From a virus, in the IMG/VR virus record IMGVR_UViG_3300036766_000184, positions 23,864 through 87,863 of that record: a stretch of 64,000 bases of DNA. One strand, written 5' to 3'. Under the pieces are notes generated by a model. It was not told where the DNA came from. It did not search any database and worked only from the letters and a program-made list of their open reading frames with translations. Positions 21,601-29,775 of the stretch are shown here, one piece after another. The translations under genes were made by a program, and so were the position numbers. Within the stretch, counting starts at the first letter, position 1; each line of letters opens with the position of its first letter.

Positions 21601-24600
21601 GACGGGGTCGTGATGGTCAGAGCCGAGGCGACGGCGAGTCGCGCCGAAGCGGTCAAGCGCGCCGTGAGCCAACTCAACCGCGACCGCCACAACGCCTGGT
21701 CCCGCGCCGTCCCGCCCTTCCCCTGGTTGAAGAACTGGCTGGAACTGGTCATGAAGGACGGGATCAGCGAGGCGGCCCGGACGGGCAAGCAGTGGTTCGT
21801 CTGGACGACAGGCAAGCAGCAGGCCGAGCGGTGGAGCCAGAAGGTCACCGAGAACATCGCGGCGGTGCGGTATCACAAGACGGGGCACTCGGACGGCCCC
21901 GCCGATTGGGTTCTCGACGGGTGGAGCGCCAAGCGATCACAGAAGCGCGAGGGCGAATGGCGCGACCCCGATGTCGTCCAGCGCGTCACCCCCGATGAGT
22001 TGCCGAACTACGTCGGCAAGGAACTCGCCCAGAAGTTGATCGCGGCGGACGGGGAGGTGCTGACCGGCCAGGATCTGACGTTCGGAGGTTCTGAGTTTCG
22101 CGCCATCTACGACACCATGGCCCTCTCTTTCGCGCGCGCGTTCGCCAAGCCGTTCAAGTCGCGGGTGGAGGATGTGCAGGTCAACACGGCGCCGACTGGC
22201 AACCCGCGCGTGGGCATGACCATGCACGGCATCTCGATCACGCCTGAGATGGTGTCCACCGTCTTGACCCACGGCCTGCCGATCATGGAGCCGCGCGCCC
22301 CGTTTGCCGCCGTCCCTGAACCACGCTATCCTCTCCGCGATGGAGCCGACCGGACGAAGAGCTACGCGCTCTTCCACGAGGCGGCGCGTGAGCAGTTGGA
22401 TCTGTTTGGAGGGAACCGTGGGGAGCCAGGGAAGCAAGCGGAAACTCAGGCTGTCGAACCGGCGATCCCGGCTGCGCAAGGTGACACCGGAAGAGCTGGA
22501 AACGCACGCGCGCCTGTTCGTGCATCCCAGCCCGCCCTACGGGGATTCGACGCCGGAGCCGGAGTCCGCACTCTCGCCCTTGCGCTTGCCCGCGACCTCG
22601 CCAACCTCGGCTACGTCTCCCTCCGCGGCTACCGAGTAAGCTCCGCCGAAGAACTCGGCCCCCTCGCGCAGATCTGGCGCGATCCGCGCTACGAAACCTT
22701 CCGCATCGTCTACGTGGACGACGCGGGCACCATCCTCGCCCATGAGGCCATGACGTCTCGGAGCGCCGGAGCCGCAGAGGCGTGGAAGCCTGACGACGAC
22801 GTGGACGACTGGATCGCCACGCGCCGCGTTCGGATGGCGAAGATGGGCGCGACCGGATACTACCTGCTGCACAACCACCCAACGACGGCCCCGATCCCGT
22901 CACGCGAGGATCGCGCGCTCACGACCAGAATCTCGCGGGCGCTGACTGGGTTCAAAGCACACGTCATCATCGACCACGGGAGCTTCGGCATCCTCCGCCC
23001 TGACGGGACTGAGGTCATGCGTCCCGTGACGGCGCAGCCGGATGCGCGCTACATCCCCGCCGTCCCGCACGACATTCTCGATGTTCAACTGACGAGTCCC
23101 CAGGATGTCGTGAGGCTCGGCAAAGCCATCGAGGTCCGCGACGGTTGGGTCGCGCTGCTCTACCGTGGCGCGGCAGGGCAGATCATTGCGGCTCAAGAAA
23201 TGCCACGGGCGCTGTTCCTTCACCCGACAGAGGCGACCAACTATCTACGCGCCCAAAAGAATAAGTGGGATGCCGACAGCATCTTTGCTTATTCATCCGT
23301 GCGCGGCGACGCTGCCGTGATCGCGGCGGCGCAATCCCTTGTCGACGATGGACGACTTCGCGATGCGTGGGTTGGCGCTCACGGCGCGGAGATTCTCAGC
23401 GACCGAGAGCGAGGCGTGCGCGCTAACGAAGATCTCGCGACCCGTCCTATCGTTCGCTTCGCAGAATCCGGCGCCCCCTACAACGACACGACCGACGAGG
23501 ATCTCCGCGAGCTGGGCCGGGCCTTCCTGACCGATCCACCAGACTACGAATCGTGGGCGGCGCAGATGCGGACACACGTGAGCCCGGCGTACTACGCGCG
23601 GCTGGCGAAGACGTATCAGGATCTCACCGCGTCGGCCTCGGATGTCCAGACGTCGAGCGCGCGCCCGACCGGCGTGCAGAATCCGGCCCAGACCGCCGCG
23701 GGCGATCTCAACGCCGCGCGCGGCATCCCACTGCCCGCCGGGCAAGCCCTCATGGAGCGACTGCACAAGATTCTCGACGTGCCGATCTCCGAGGGGCGCG
23801 TCGGTGGCGGGGCCGGGCGTCTCGGGTTCACGCGGCTCAAGGGCGGGCGTGCCGAGGCCGCTCGGCTCAAGGTCTCCGAGGATCTCTCGACGGCCGCCCA
23901 CGAGGCCGGACACGTCATCTCGGCGATCGTCTGGGGTGCCCGCCCCGGCGCGCGCGATGCCTTCTACATGCGCCACTCGCCTGACCTGATGCAGTTGGCT
24001 GAGGGGCACGTGACACCGAACCAGGAAGAGGGCTGGGCCGAGTTCTGGCGGCTCTACTTGCAGAACGCCGACAGCACGCGCGCGATCTACCCGGACCTGA
24101 CCCGCGACATTGAAGACGCGCTGGCTCGCGAGGATCAGCCGCTCCTATCCGCACTCCAGCAGTGGGGCGACGACTACCGGGCGTGGCGTGGATCTCGGCC
24201 CCGGGACCGGATTCGCAGTCACGTGGTCCGCGAAGTCGGCAAGACCCGTGACCTCCGCGGCACGCTGCGGCGGACCTACACCAACCTGCTCTGGGAAGGG
24301 GCCCCGCTGGACCGCGCGGTCAATACACTCGCGGCTGGGCACCCGCTGGGGCCCGAGCAGAATGCGAGCCTGCTCAAATCGGTCTTGGCCGGCGCCCCGA
24401 AGCTGGCCGAGTACTTCCTCTTCGACAAGAACGGCCACGGCGGGACCCTCGACTTCCACACACGCCAGGTGACCGGGCCGTCGCTGGAAGCCGTGCTCAA
24501 TCCCGTCAAGGCGACCTGGCAGGACTGGTCGGACTACATGATCGCCCGTCGTCTCCGGGAGTTGATGGGTCGCCCAGACGACAACGGCAAGCGCGCGGCC

Positions 24601-27240
24601 GGACTCCTGATGCAGGTGCTCGAAATGAGCGCGGCCGATGTCCACGGCGAGCTGGCCGCGTGGGAGATCGAGCACCCGGAGTACGAGGCGGTCGCCGCGG
24701 CCTTCCAGACCTGGAACAAGAGCCTGCTCAAGTACCTCGAAGACGCCGGCGTCACGTCAGCCGAGAGCCGGGTCGCCATCGAGGAGGCCAACCAGGACTA
24801 CTTCCCGTTCCATCGCTTCTTCGCCGACGACGCTGAAGCTGGCGCGAAGCCGATGGGGGCCGGGGGCGGGGTCGCCAACGTCAGGAGTCCGGTCAAGACC
24901 CTCAAGGGGTCGGGCAGGAAGCTCACCGATCCGCTCGGCTCGGCGGTCAGGAATACCTACGTGATGGTGATGCGGGCCGAGCGCAACGCCGTCCTAGAGG
25001 CACTCGTGTCGCTCGCCGAGTCGACGCCGGGCGGCGGGGCCTTGATCGAGCCGCTCCCGGCCCCACAGACGGGCCAGCAGGTCATGACCGTGGAGGCCAT
25101 CGCCCAGATCCGGCGCGACCTGGAGCGCAACGGCTTGCCGACCGTCGCGCTTGACATGCTCGACCCGACCCAGCTCCGCGAGGTGGTCCGCACCTTCCGA
25201 CCGGATCTGTTCCGGGCGACGCTCCCCGGTGAAATCTGGGTGCTCAGGAAGGGCAAGCCCGCGCACTACCAGATCCACGACCCGGAGCTGTATGGGGCGC
25301 TCGCCAACCTCGACCGGGCCAGCGCGCAGTGGCTCAAGCACCCGCTGGCTCAGGGTCTCCTGGTTGCGCCGGCTGCCCTTCTGCGCGCCGGCGCAACCCT
25401 GTCACCGGAGTTCCTCGGCCGCAACCCCGTGCGCGACACCTTCGCGCGCATCCTGTATACGGCGGCAGCCTCAAAGGTCCCCCTCGTCGGCCCGTACATC
25501 GACGCCGGCAAGGCTCTCGACGGCTTCGTCAGGGGGGTCTTCTCGGCCATCCGACAGGATGCCTGGTATGACGTGTGGAAACGGAGTGGGGCCGCGATCA
25601 CGGCGCTCTCGTCGCTGGATCAGGAGAGTCTCCAGAAGCACCTCGATGACGTGCTGGCCGGCCGGGATGGTGTTCGCCTGCCTGGCTACAAGGGCACTCC
25701 GATCCGTTTCGGGACGGTCATCCAGACGCCGATTCAGTTGCTCAGGCTTGTCAGCGAAACCATGGAAGAGGCCAGCCGGATTGCCGAGACGCGCGACGTG
25801 CTGCGAGGGCTCGGGGTAACTAACCCCGGACAGGCGACCAAGGGGCAACTCCTCGAAGCGGGCGGTGCCGCGCGGGATGTCACCCTCGACTTCAACCGCA
25901 TGGGCGTGTTCTTCAAGGTCACAGGACTCAACCGAGTCGCCGCATTCGTCAACCCCTCGTGGCAGTCGTGGGACAAGCTCGCGCGCGAGGCGGGGCTCGG
26001 ACAGGTGCCAGCCGGCCTCGACCTCGGCGGTGGGGCTGGCGGCGCCGGCGGTGGCGGGCGCACGCCGCCCGTTGGCGGGGCTGGTCTCCCGCAGGGGCCA
26101 CAGGGCCGGCGCATCCTCGAATGGCGCGCCCGGAAGATGCGCGGGTTCTCCTACCGGATACTCATGCTGATGACCCTGCCCTCACTCCTGCTCTGGTGGT
26201 ACAACCACCAGGACGCTCGGTGGGTGGAGATCCCCCAGTGGCAGAAGGACATCTCGTGGATCGTCTTCTCGCGCCGGATCACCAAGGATCAGTGGACGAC
26301 CATGACCGAAGATGAGCGTGTCGAGGCGATGCGGGACGGCATCGTCCGCATCCCGAAGCCCTTCGAGCTGGGCGTCCTGTTCGGCTCGGTCCCGGAACGG
26401 ATCGCCGAGTGGATCGTCGGCCAGAATCCGAACGCCCTCAAGTCGATCGGTCAGAGCCTCGCGACCGCGGCGGGCACGTCCATGATCCCGATGCCGACCG
26501 TGCTCTGGCCGCTCATCAGCATCGCGATGAACTGGAACAACTTCTTCGACCGGCCGGTGGTGTCCAGGGGCCTCCAGGACATCGACCCGGAGTTCCAGAG
26601 CGGCCCCGGCACCAGCCGATCGGCCGAGTCGATGGCGCGCTCGCGCCCGATGGGTTGGCTCTCTCACGGACTCGAAGCCAGCAAGCTCGTTCCGACGTTC
26701 CTGACCGAGGCGATCCGGTCCCCGATCCAACTAGAAAGCCTGATCCAGGGCTACGCGGGGAACCTTGGGCGCATCGGTCTCAACGCGGGAGATCTGGCCC
26801 TTAAGGCCCTCGATGCCCACGGGCCGGCCGAGCCCGAGAAGACGTGGAGCGATGTCCCGGGCATCCGGGGATTCCTGGTCCGCTACCCGTCTGGGAGCGC
26901 CACCTCGATTCAGGACTTCTACACGATCTACGCGGACGCCCAGAAGGCCGTCAAGACCCTGCAATTCATCGCCAAGAAGAAGCCGCGAGAGGACCCGGAA
27001 GCCTACGAGCGCGAGCACGAGTTCGCGCTGCTCGAATACGTCGCCATGCAGGCGACCGCGAAGTCCCTCACGCAGTCCCGTGCCGACTTGCAAGAGATCC
27101 GTGAGGACAAGGCGATGGACGCGCAGACCAAGCGCAAGGAAATGGATCGTGTCACGCTCGGCATGATCGAAGAAGCCAGAGGGGCCGTTGAGGGTCGTCG
27201 CACCGCCGAGGCAGCCTACCGAGCGGCCCGCAAGCCGTAG
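12619..27240 (+). CDS. Giant polyvalent internal virion protein (2x ART-like, 2H phosphoesterase, duplicated unknown domain, JAB/RadC, HExxH peptidase, LPD38-like C-terminus)
   Basis: 4873 aa; MFRG..TFS (~15800); HVTVRYG/HVTLAY (~16735/16963); NFTRWFG..AYRG..GFFFT..GYDGI..FEPTQVKSAIGNRGTFD (~19210-20200); HNHP..PS.ED (~22870); HEAGH (~23900); RIPKPFELG..FG (~26350). Confidence 0.9.
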   Translation: MAVTIRDIDALFDEEPKKDSAASAPATTPAALAPPITTVGDIDKLFAESPDDSASTFPASTPEIRQAELDRNLRDIKAGNVPPTIQAPIAAVDPATGVPLDMPSPTPPVTSGEPGILTRLGRAARNVIMGTPAAAQPATRDGSGGVIEPPPSQAEVRATAPGGGPLVTPPPATPAVTTPIVSASTVPAPPAQRSSTQPVFTPPAPVTPENPLPEWAVERNKITPTPSSAPVINSVRDLAPHVADLVAPPINARPAIEDAGQQLDAFRARLDQEHTALVAERSALNAARASLESRLGQSRAPGARAAIEAEVASYNEREGVFSQRRGAFGIAAESFNARADRLRALDKDESSRGGIVERGTRAAVEAQRSGISRAAQAVTSLGEIPLYAGPGSTSERVNVPNIVWQASLNLANGLLQAGAAPAIGVGAAGRAALEKADPELASTTLVGDDATARGIRLGLMPTEIPVDRTPEEHAALGAPITVGEAVEILGALGTIMGIGRIASSNTRYVINWGRPGPRFGRIEPMKALPPAPPEALSGVVARPEPVGPSGSAPTIDLTVTLGDISSARAGKANLAESLADAAVSRLKPLPAEWDAGRRVFTLTEDIPGHARGDVVSATQAAAEGYDPLRLAARTSATPTTRPVATAARPEPILIESEPAAAGSGPLAPAAEAAKARLAQRAPTPPFGPSEPLASTAPVTTEDIDALFVPPARNEPETTPESADLKPAPSLTSPGNQRGAMTPLTPESVAAALEDANGNYITAAEALAGSDNLLSVLNAANQARKLSPEFNDAMGNRPRTGSMLKVERDRLAQEDRGGWDLNNDNDLIAFVKSKGGIRPDPGGDLSEKWEAIPKELRSKTKGLTPSQMAEVVNESLGRERNTNVINDAEILRRLSKSTVRGGARGQREEVDRAQAEQERQAADAHARFMDMPEAEQIAALRDMTGASEADARALLKARQDAARPVEFLSDKDEPTGEKGALDRALLEGFLAGPEREPREIIREVLDQVGGHEAVAKGMFGGDIGELDAFVRRVHAEAVESSKAMEPRAPYGGRGTSLPARAMFRGVKAGRDPHAIEGTIGGTTFSPDEKVARAYAGEDGRVVRENLGFKNLLAAKNWMEAKRALELPASATMPELIRAASDAGHDGLAFQGAHGQEYIKIPSKGPEPKTEKTPLGDQVLVPDTPKRSIPTGKAKARVEQRPLDSTPLFGQDKAERDRNSDDAQGMLLEDRAPFQAQEKAAKAQEKAAEALTKAAGAIKDAADEVRAAVPEAPKPAPVTWGGWQERFNKEPLPLWSLTQDIPGHPKGSTVGPQALQKAGFEVPEPPEAAPTGASPYKYSSVEIRLPAGIGDAVRRFAQTIPQDQLAPKGVEAVSHVTVRYGIQSSEPDRIKDALKDQGPVEITLGTVKSFPDTGDGEVLYVEAQGPAVDALHEHLTDALVTVDTQKTFKPHVTLAYLKKGEAKAHVGDTSFVGRTFTASEVVFSPRDGAEPTVLALPGRAVEPATEAPRVSDTPSGVLDTQPPTAVNEPVAPYTTEPAPAFFSALRDAADKRLPARASAEQIMATIRATPGVKADEITWTYLPEWLAEQKGPIAKADVLAYLDDYGVKVRESLRGQGAGSDPGQEAFRRAFEPAAPGEYARTFRDLIEPLGYHPEHASSGPGYLVIRAAPIVNPEVGLDELNRRMDLLEAEREPAYRAAHRLGIIDTRSEAEDMELARLTQTLTIIDGQEQEIDDQIQEVVDRDRPRYFTIRAEGRVLLNDDEGAADFDEAVVNAWRDQEDRAGRSTTPNANLSPAEYEGYKAVRGGESYRELLFLYERPPTELDKEIRALSRGRGRPGSGHDDAFSIQPEDQPRLDALLSRRVGLPRHVFRPPHFRNAEDMIAHVRFDVRTDADGRRGLLIQEVQDDLDNQIRKRQDNLKSMERALPDVAEGTPARPGLEGNIADAKTEIARLEALLPFRGGKSNELVMKRVLRFASEQGYDFVGLATGAQQAELYNLSTHVKRIMLYDASGGISVPKDGPFVSGMFVATPRDRGQQIERRIDLAQDPEALNDLVGPEMAARLLARPSRVGNWAGLGARIRSLEDLDLEMPSKQAQGKKKTYDEILLAVLNKLAKPWGQKVEDRYLKADAGSRTMANDDAGSAAAIGAAPIHAIAITPEMREALLRHGFPLFEDRAAYGALPAEAKVAADALNAQDIRNNPNFTRWFGASKVVDEKGAPKVAYRGDNRADRLDRLRKARASSAHGFFFTEDPAIASSYATGKVDRNAVDDVMEGENFRNYFRFTRPGVRGTINLHDLWYHLSRAEQARVEDVVRKSDYTEEQPDGTVGPRYWDFSGERSVRDQAGWDYEIRDNRGNVLDAAASTYLGGAILHGDGDEALFLDLLKEAGIEGEYVDPWAEAPAVTPVYLAIQTPLDTAAIPPAVVDRLRAVARRSRRQPKEGYGDPWNMAAITPKVWISELEDNLTKGTTTAWTSIPKEIVRALQGLGYDGIKDTGGKMGGQPHAVWIAFEPTQVKSAIGNRGTFDPSSPSLVREEATPYAELPARAEPAPAFYSTLLQAAEKRLMPKMSRAQVLGVLGSTPGVKKIEIHWTGLEAWLAGQPEVGIKKTDVLDFIRANQVRVAIRELSEATSETEQRRIEAESGLDLSEEYGGMGSFDSAWDEVRALDPDPEYVKEMRAEDPDWEPSDEEIEYRSSHPAGYEVTGNRESGFSVWVPDASKGVGRRGVRDDGGVQFDRLDAAQEAAGLDYFNWLERAADDGAAPRHGEHVEPGGLPGTYRERLFVWPPETLEPAPTSRSLWREKAEQVAGENGIEQPHLLSDAALRERVGEMAAQEDVSAVDRPRRDDTLYEPPSSHFDQPNLIAHARLDDGTLVDGTPVLRMQEAQSDWRHAVLSEGERTPEPPPVLTELPEGYKVESAPSQVVEQGAGKFRYSPVTKVLSHVGPEGQEWRRDGVEPINLGLFMDEFTAGKLFDRLEAIGVLKKTLRKRSWVVRQPDGVVMVRAEATASRAEAVKRAVSQLNRDRHNAWSRAVPPFPWLKNWLELVMKDGISEAARTGKQWFVWTTGKQQAERWSQKVTENIAAVRYHKTGHSDGPADWVLDGWSAKRSQKREGEWRDPDVVQRVTPDELPNYVGKELAQKLIAADGEVLTGQDLTFGGSEFRAIYDTMALSFARAFAKPFKSRVEDVQVNTAPTGNPRVGMTMHGISITPEMVSTVLTHGLPIMEPRAPFAAVPEPRYPLRDGADRTKSYALFHEAAREQLDLFGGNRGEPGKQAETQAVEPAIPAAQGDTGRAGNARAPVRASQPALRGFDAGAGVRTLALALARDLANLGYVSLRGYRVSSAEELGPLAQIWRDPRYETFRIVYVDDAGTILAHEAMTSRSAGAAEAWKPDDDVDDWIATRRVRMAKMGATGYYLLHNHPTTAPIPSREDRALTTRISRALTGFKAHVIIDHGSFGILRPDGTEVMRPVTAQPDARYIPAVPHDILDVQLTSPQDVVRLGKAIEVRDGWVALLYRGAAGQIIAAQEMPRALFLHPTEATNYLRAQKNKWDADSIFAYSSVRGDAAVIAAAQSLVDDGRLRDAWVGAHGAEILSDRERGVRANEDLATRPIVRFAESGAPYNDTTDEDLRELGRAFLTDPPDYESWAAQMRTHVSPAYYARLAKTYQDLTASASDVQTSSARPTGVQNPAQTAAGDLNAARGIPLPAGQALMERLHKILDVPISEGRVGGGAGRLGFTRLKGGRAEAARLKVSEDLSTAAHEAGHVISAIVWGARPGARDAFYMRHSPDLMQLAEGHVTPNQEEGWAEFWRLYLQNADSTRAIYPDLTRDIEDALAREDQPLLSALQQWGDDYRAWRGSRPRDRIRSHVVREVGKTRDLRGTLRRTYTNLLWEGAPLDRAVNTLAAGHPLGPEQNASLLKSVLAGAPKLAEYFLFDKNGHGGTLDFHTRQVTGPSLEAVLNPVKATWQDWSDYMIARRLRELMGRPDDNGKRAAGLLMQVLEMSAADVHGELAAWEIEHPEYEAVAAAFQTWNKSLLKYLEDAGVTSAESRVAIEEANQDYFPFHRFFADDAEAGAKPMGAGGGVANVRSPVKTLKGSGRKLTDPLGSAVRNTYVMVMRAERNAVLEALVSLAESTPGGGALIEPLPAPQTGQQVMTVEAIAQIRRDLERNGLPTVALDMLDPTQLREVVRTFRPDLFRATLPGEIWVLRKGKPAHYQIHDPELYGALANLDRASAQWLKHPLAQGLLVAPAALLRAGATLSPEFLGRNPVRDTFARILYTAAASKVPLVGPYIDAGKALDGFVRGVFSAIRQDAWYDVWKRSGAAITALSSLDQESLQKHLDDVLAGRDGVRLPGYKGTPIRFGTVIQTPIQLLRLVSETMEEASRIAETRDVLRGLGVTNPGQATKGQLLEAGGAARDVTLDFNRMGVFFKVTGLNRVAAFVNPSWQSWDKLAREAGLGQVPAGLDLGGGAGGAGGGGRTPPVGGAGLPQGPQGRRILEWRARKMRGFSYRILMLMTLPSLLLWWYNHQDARWVEIPQWQKDISWIVFSRRITKDQWTTMTEDERVEAMRDGIVRIPKPFELGVLFGSVPERIAEWIVGQNPNALKSIGQSLATAAGTSMIPMPTVLWPLISIAMNWNNFFDRPVVSRGLQDIDPEFQSGPGTSRSAESMARSRPMGWLSHGLEASKLVPTFLTEAIRSPIQLESLIQGYAGNLGRIGLNAGDLALKALDAHGPAEPEKTWSDVPGIRGFLVRYPSGSATSIQDFYTIYADAQKAVKTLQFIAKKKPREDPEAYEREHEFALLEYVAMQATAKSLTQSRADLQEIREDKAMDAQTKRKEMDRVTLGMIEEARGAVEGRRTAEAAYRAARKP

Positions 27241-27296
27241 ACAGAGCGCCGAAAAGTCACCCCCTGTGGGGTAGGCGTCGGGATAGAATCGGCCGC

Positions 27297-27635
27297 ATGG
27301 GCACCGACGACGGCGGCCGGATCATCCGCGATGTTGCGGAACTGAAGGCGATCCTGACCGAGAGGGGGCGCGACGCCGAGGTGTTCCGGGGCGAGATGCG
27401 CGATGGCGTCCGCGATATGAATGGCTTCCTGGTCGATCACGCCGCCGAGGACACGCGCCGATTCGAGAAGTCCGGTGAGGTCCTGGACGAAAAGGTCGCC
27501 GGGCTCTACGAGTACATGGAGAAGCAGGCGAACGCCCAGCGGACGAGGGCGTGGCAGATCGCCGGGATTGTGATGACGGCGGTGCTCGGGTTGGCCGGTG
27601 TCTTGATCGCGGCGCACAAGTCGGGGTTGCTGTGA
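27297..27635 (+). CDS. Membrane protein with C-terminal TM (holin/XhlA-like)
   Basis: Coiled coil followed by one C-terminal TM helix; starts the lysis-like cluster. Confidence 0.55.
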   Translation: MGTDDGGRIIRDVAELKAILTERGRDAEVFRGEMRDGVRDMNGFLVDHAAEDTRRFEKSGEVLDEKVAGLYEYMEKQANAQRTRAWQIAGIVMTAVLGLAGVLIAAHKSGLL

Positions 27636-27687
27636 GGTTTGTCGTGAAAACATTCTTGAGGCACGCTCAAGGAAAGGCTCAATAGGC

Positions 27688-28143
27688 ATGCCATTCAACG
27701 CCACGCGACCCAAGCGCTTCACGGGCGTCCTCGGGGACATGCCGGCCTATGAACAGGCCGCCTGTATCGTCCTCTCGGAGGCATTGCACATTCCACCCGC
27801 GATGCTCGGCGCTATCCGCTGGCACGAGAACGGCCGAGGCGGCAATGAGAAGACAACGAGTCTCGCCTTCGGTGTCAAGAGTCTCGATGCGGCAGACCAG
27901 GACGAATACGGCGAGCAGGCCATGTTGTGCGCGGAGTCGATCAGAAACAACATCACGAGATTTCAGCGAGCCTCTGGCCACGCCGCGTGGGTCGGTGACC
28001 GGCTCTCGGACGGGTTCATTGCTTTTATGGGTTCACGGTACTGCCCGGTTGGGGCAGCAGACGACGCGGTTACTAATCTGAATCGTTTCTGGGTCGAAAA
28101 GGTCACCGAGATTTATAGAGGTTCTGGGATTGAGTGGGCGTGA
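27688..28143 (+). CDS. Putative endolysin (lysozyme-like fold)
   Basis: AIRWHENG (candidate catalytic Glu), FGV, FMGSRYCPVGAADD..NLNRFWVEKV resembling glucosaminidase-like phage lysins. Confidence 0.65.
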   Translation: MPFNATRPKRFTGVLGDMPAYEQAACIVLSEALHIPPAMLGAIRWHENGRGGNEKTTSLAFGVKSLDAADQDEYGEQAMLCAESIRNNITRFQRASGHAAWVGDRLSDGFIAFMGSRYCPVGAADDAVTNLNRFWVEKVTEIYRGSGIEWA

Positions 28144-28358
28144 TGAACTACGGGGAAGCTATGACCGGAGTCCGCGTCGAACTGTTCAAGGCCCGCAACG
28201 GCAAGTGGGGCTTCCGCACCATCGCCGCGAACGGGCGGAAGGTGCTGACCTCGGGCCAGACGTTCCGGGGATCGAGCACGCACGCACGCCGGGCCATCGC
28301 GCGGGCGCTGCGGCTCACGGCGGACGCCTTCGCGCATGGCAGGGTGGTGGTGCGATGA
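28134..28358 (+). CDS. YegP/DUF1508-like protein
   Basis: VELFKARNGKWGFRTIAANGRKVLTSGQTF. Confidence 0.75.
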   Translation: MGVMNYGEAMTGVRVELFKARNGKWGFRTIAANGRKVLTSGQTFRGSSTHARRAIARALRLTADAFAHGRVVVR

Positions 28359-28651
28359 CCCAGATGACGACCCAGGAGGCGATCCAACTGGCGACCGCGG
28401 TGGGGGCCATCGCGGGTCCGCTGCTCACGTTCTGGGTCGCGTCACGGCTCAGAATCTACAAGCTAGAGATCAACTCGCGCATGAGCGAGCTGATGAACTC
28501 GACGCGCGCCCTCGCCCATGCGGAGGGGGTGACACAGCAGCGCGATAAGCAGGACGAAATTGATGCGCAGCGCGCGCTCGGCAAGGCCGAGAGCGTCGAG
28601 ATCACCAACGGGTCCGACGTCAGGATCGTGCAGGAGCCACCGACGCCATGA
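28355..28651 (+). CDS. Single-TM membrane protein
   Basis: N-terminal hydrophobic helix; ATGA overlaps on both sides. Confidence 0.6.
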   Translation: MTQMTTQEAIQLATAVGAIAGPLLTFWVASRLRIYKLEINSRMSELMNSTRALAHAEGVTQQRDKQDEIDAQRALGKAESVEITNGSDVRIVQEPPTP

Positions 28652-29088
28652 TCGCGTGGAAGTGGCTCCTGATTATCGACGCTGCAACGATGTTCATCAT
28701 CACCATGGGCACCACGCTCGGGGTCGTGATGTTGGAAGTCGGCAAGAACGAGCAGATCATGTGGCGCTCGATCATCGGCGCCACCCTCGGGGCCCTAGTG
28801 GCCTGCGCAAACCAGTTGCGGGCCCGGCTGGCCCTGCCCCCACCGACTAGCGGCATGATCGCAGCAGCGGTCGCGGCGACCGCTCCGATCGCTGCGCGCG
28901 TGGCTGCGGAAGCCGCGGCACCGGCAGCGGCGCTTGCGGCTGCCCCGGCGGCAGCCCGCGCAGCAGCTCCCGAAGCGGCTGCGATTGCCGCACCCGCCGC
29001 CGCCGCCGCTGCTGCGCCAGCGGCGGCGCGTGAGGCTGCGCCCGAAGCGGTCGCCATTGAAGTCGCCAAGATCCAGATCACCCAATGA
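28648..29088 (+). CDS. Two-TM protein with Ala/Pro-rich tail (holin-like)
   Basis: Two hydrophobic helices then AAAPAAA repeats. Confidence 0.55.
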   Translation: MIAWKWLLIIDAATMFIITMGTTLGVVMLEVGKNEQIMWRSIIGATLGALVACANQLRARLALPPPTSGMIAAAVAATAPIAARVAAEAAAPAAALAAAPAAARAAAPEAAAIAAPAAAAAAAPAAAREAAPEAVAIEVAKIQITQ

Positions 29089-29099
29089 CAGGAGAACGT

Positions 29100-29576
29100 A
29101 TGAAGAGCCTCAGCGTGTTCGCCCTCATCGCGATCGTCCTTACCGGCTGCGCCACCGGGGCTCCGATTAGCGGGAACCCGGCCCAGGATGCGTTCGCGAA
29201 CCGGCCGGTCAAGCTCTCGGGCGCGCTGTCCATCGAGGACGGATTGAAGGAAATGGCCTTCAACCTCGACAGCGCGATCACCGTGCAGGCGATCCCGGCC
29301 GACGACCCGCTCTCCGCGTGCGTGAAGGGGATCATGAAGGATCTCGGCATCGGGGATGTGAAGGACGTCGCGCCGTCGTTCGTCCCGAAGGAAGACACGC
29401 TCCTCGGCCGCGGCTCTGTCCTCTACATCCGCGCGCAGCAAGCGCAGCGCATGGCCGGTGCCGGCACGAAGCTCCCGATCTCGTGCGAGGCTTCAATCGG
29501 GAAGATCGTGATCGACGTCGCCCGGGCCAACGCGAAGAGCATGCCGGGCGGGGGGCTTTTGCCGGCCCTCAGGTAG
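29100..29576 (+). CDS. Lipoprotein (possible spanin component)
   Basis: MKSLSVFALIAIVLTG-C lipobox; AGGAG RBS. Confidence 0.7.
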   Translation: MKSLSVFALIAIVLTGCATGAPISGNPAQDAFANRPVKLSGALSIEDGLKEMAFNLDSAITVQAIPADDPLSACVKGIMKDLGIGDVKDVAPSFVPKEDTLLGRGSVLYIRAQQAQRMAGAGTKLPISCEASIGKIVIDVARANAKSMPGGGLLPALR

Positions 29577-29775
29577 GGGGAACGCATGATCGAGCCCGAC
29601 CCGGAGTCCTGATGGACGCCATCTCGATGATCGGTCGGTGCGCGGCCCGGCAACTCGACGCCGAAGAGCACTCGCATTACTGCCCGCTGCATCACGGGAA
29701 CTGGCGTGGGCCGTGCGCTTGTACGACACCGGAGGCGCTGAGTCAGTCGTGCCGGTCGTGTCGTGAGCGAGTCGG

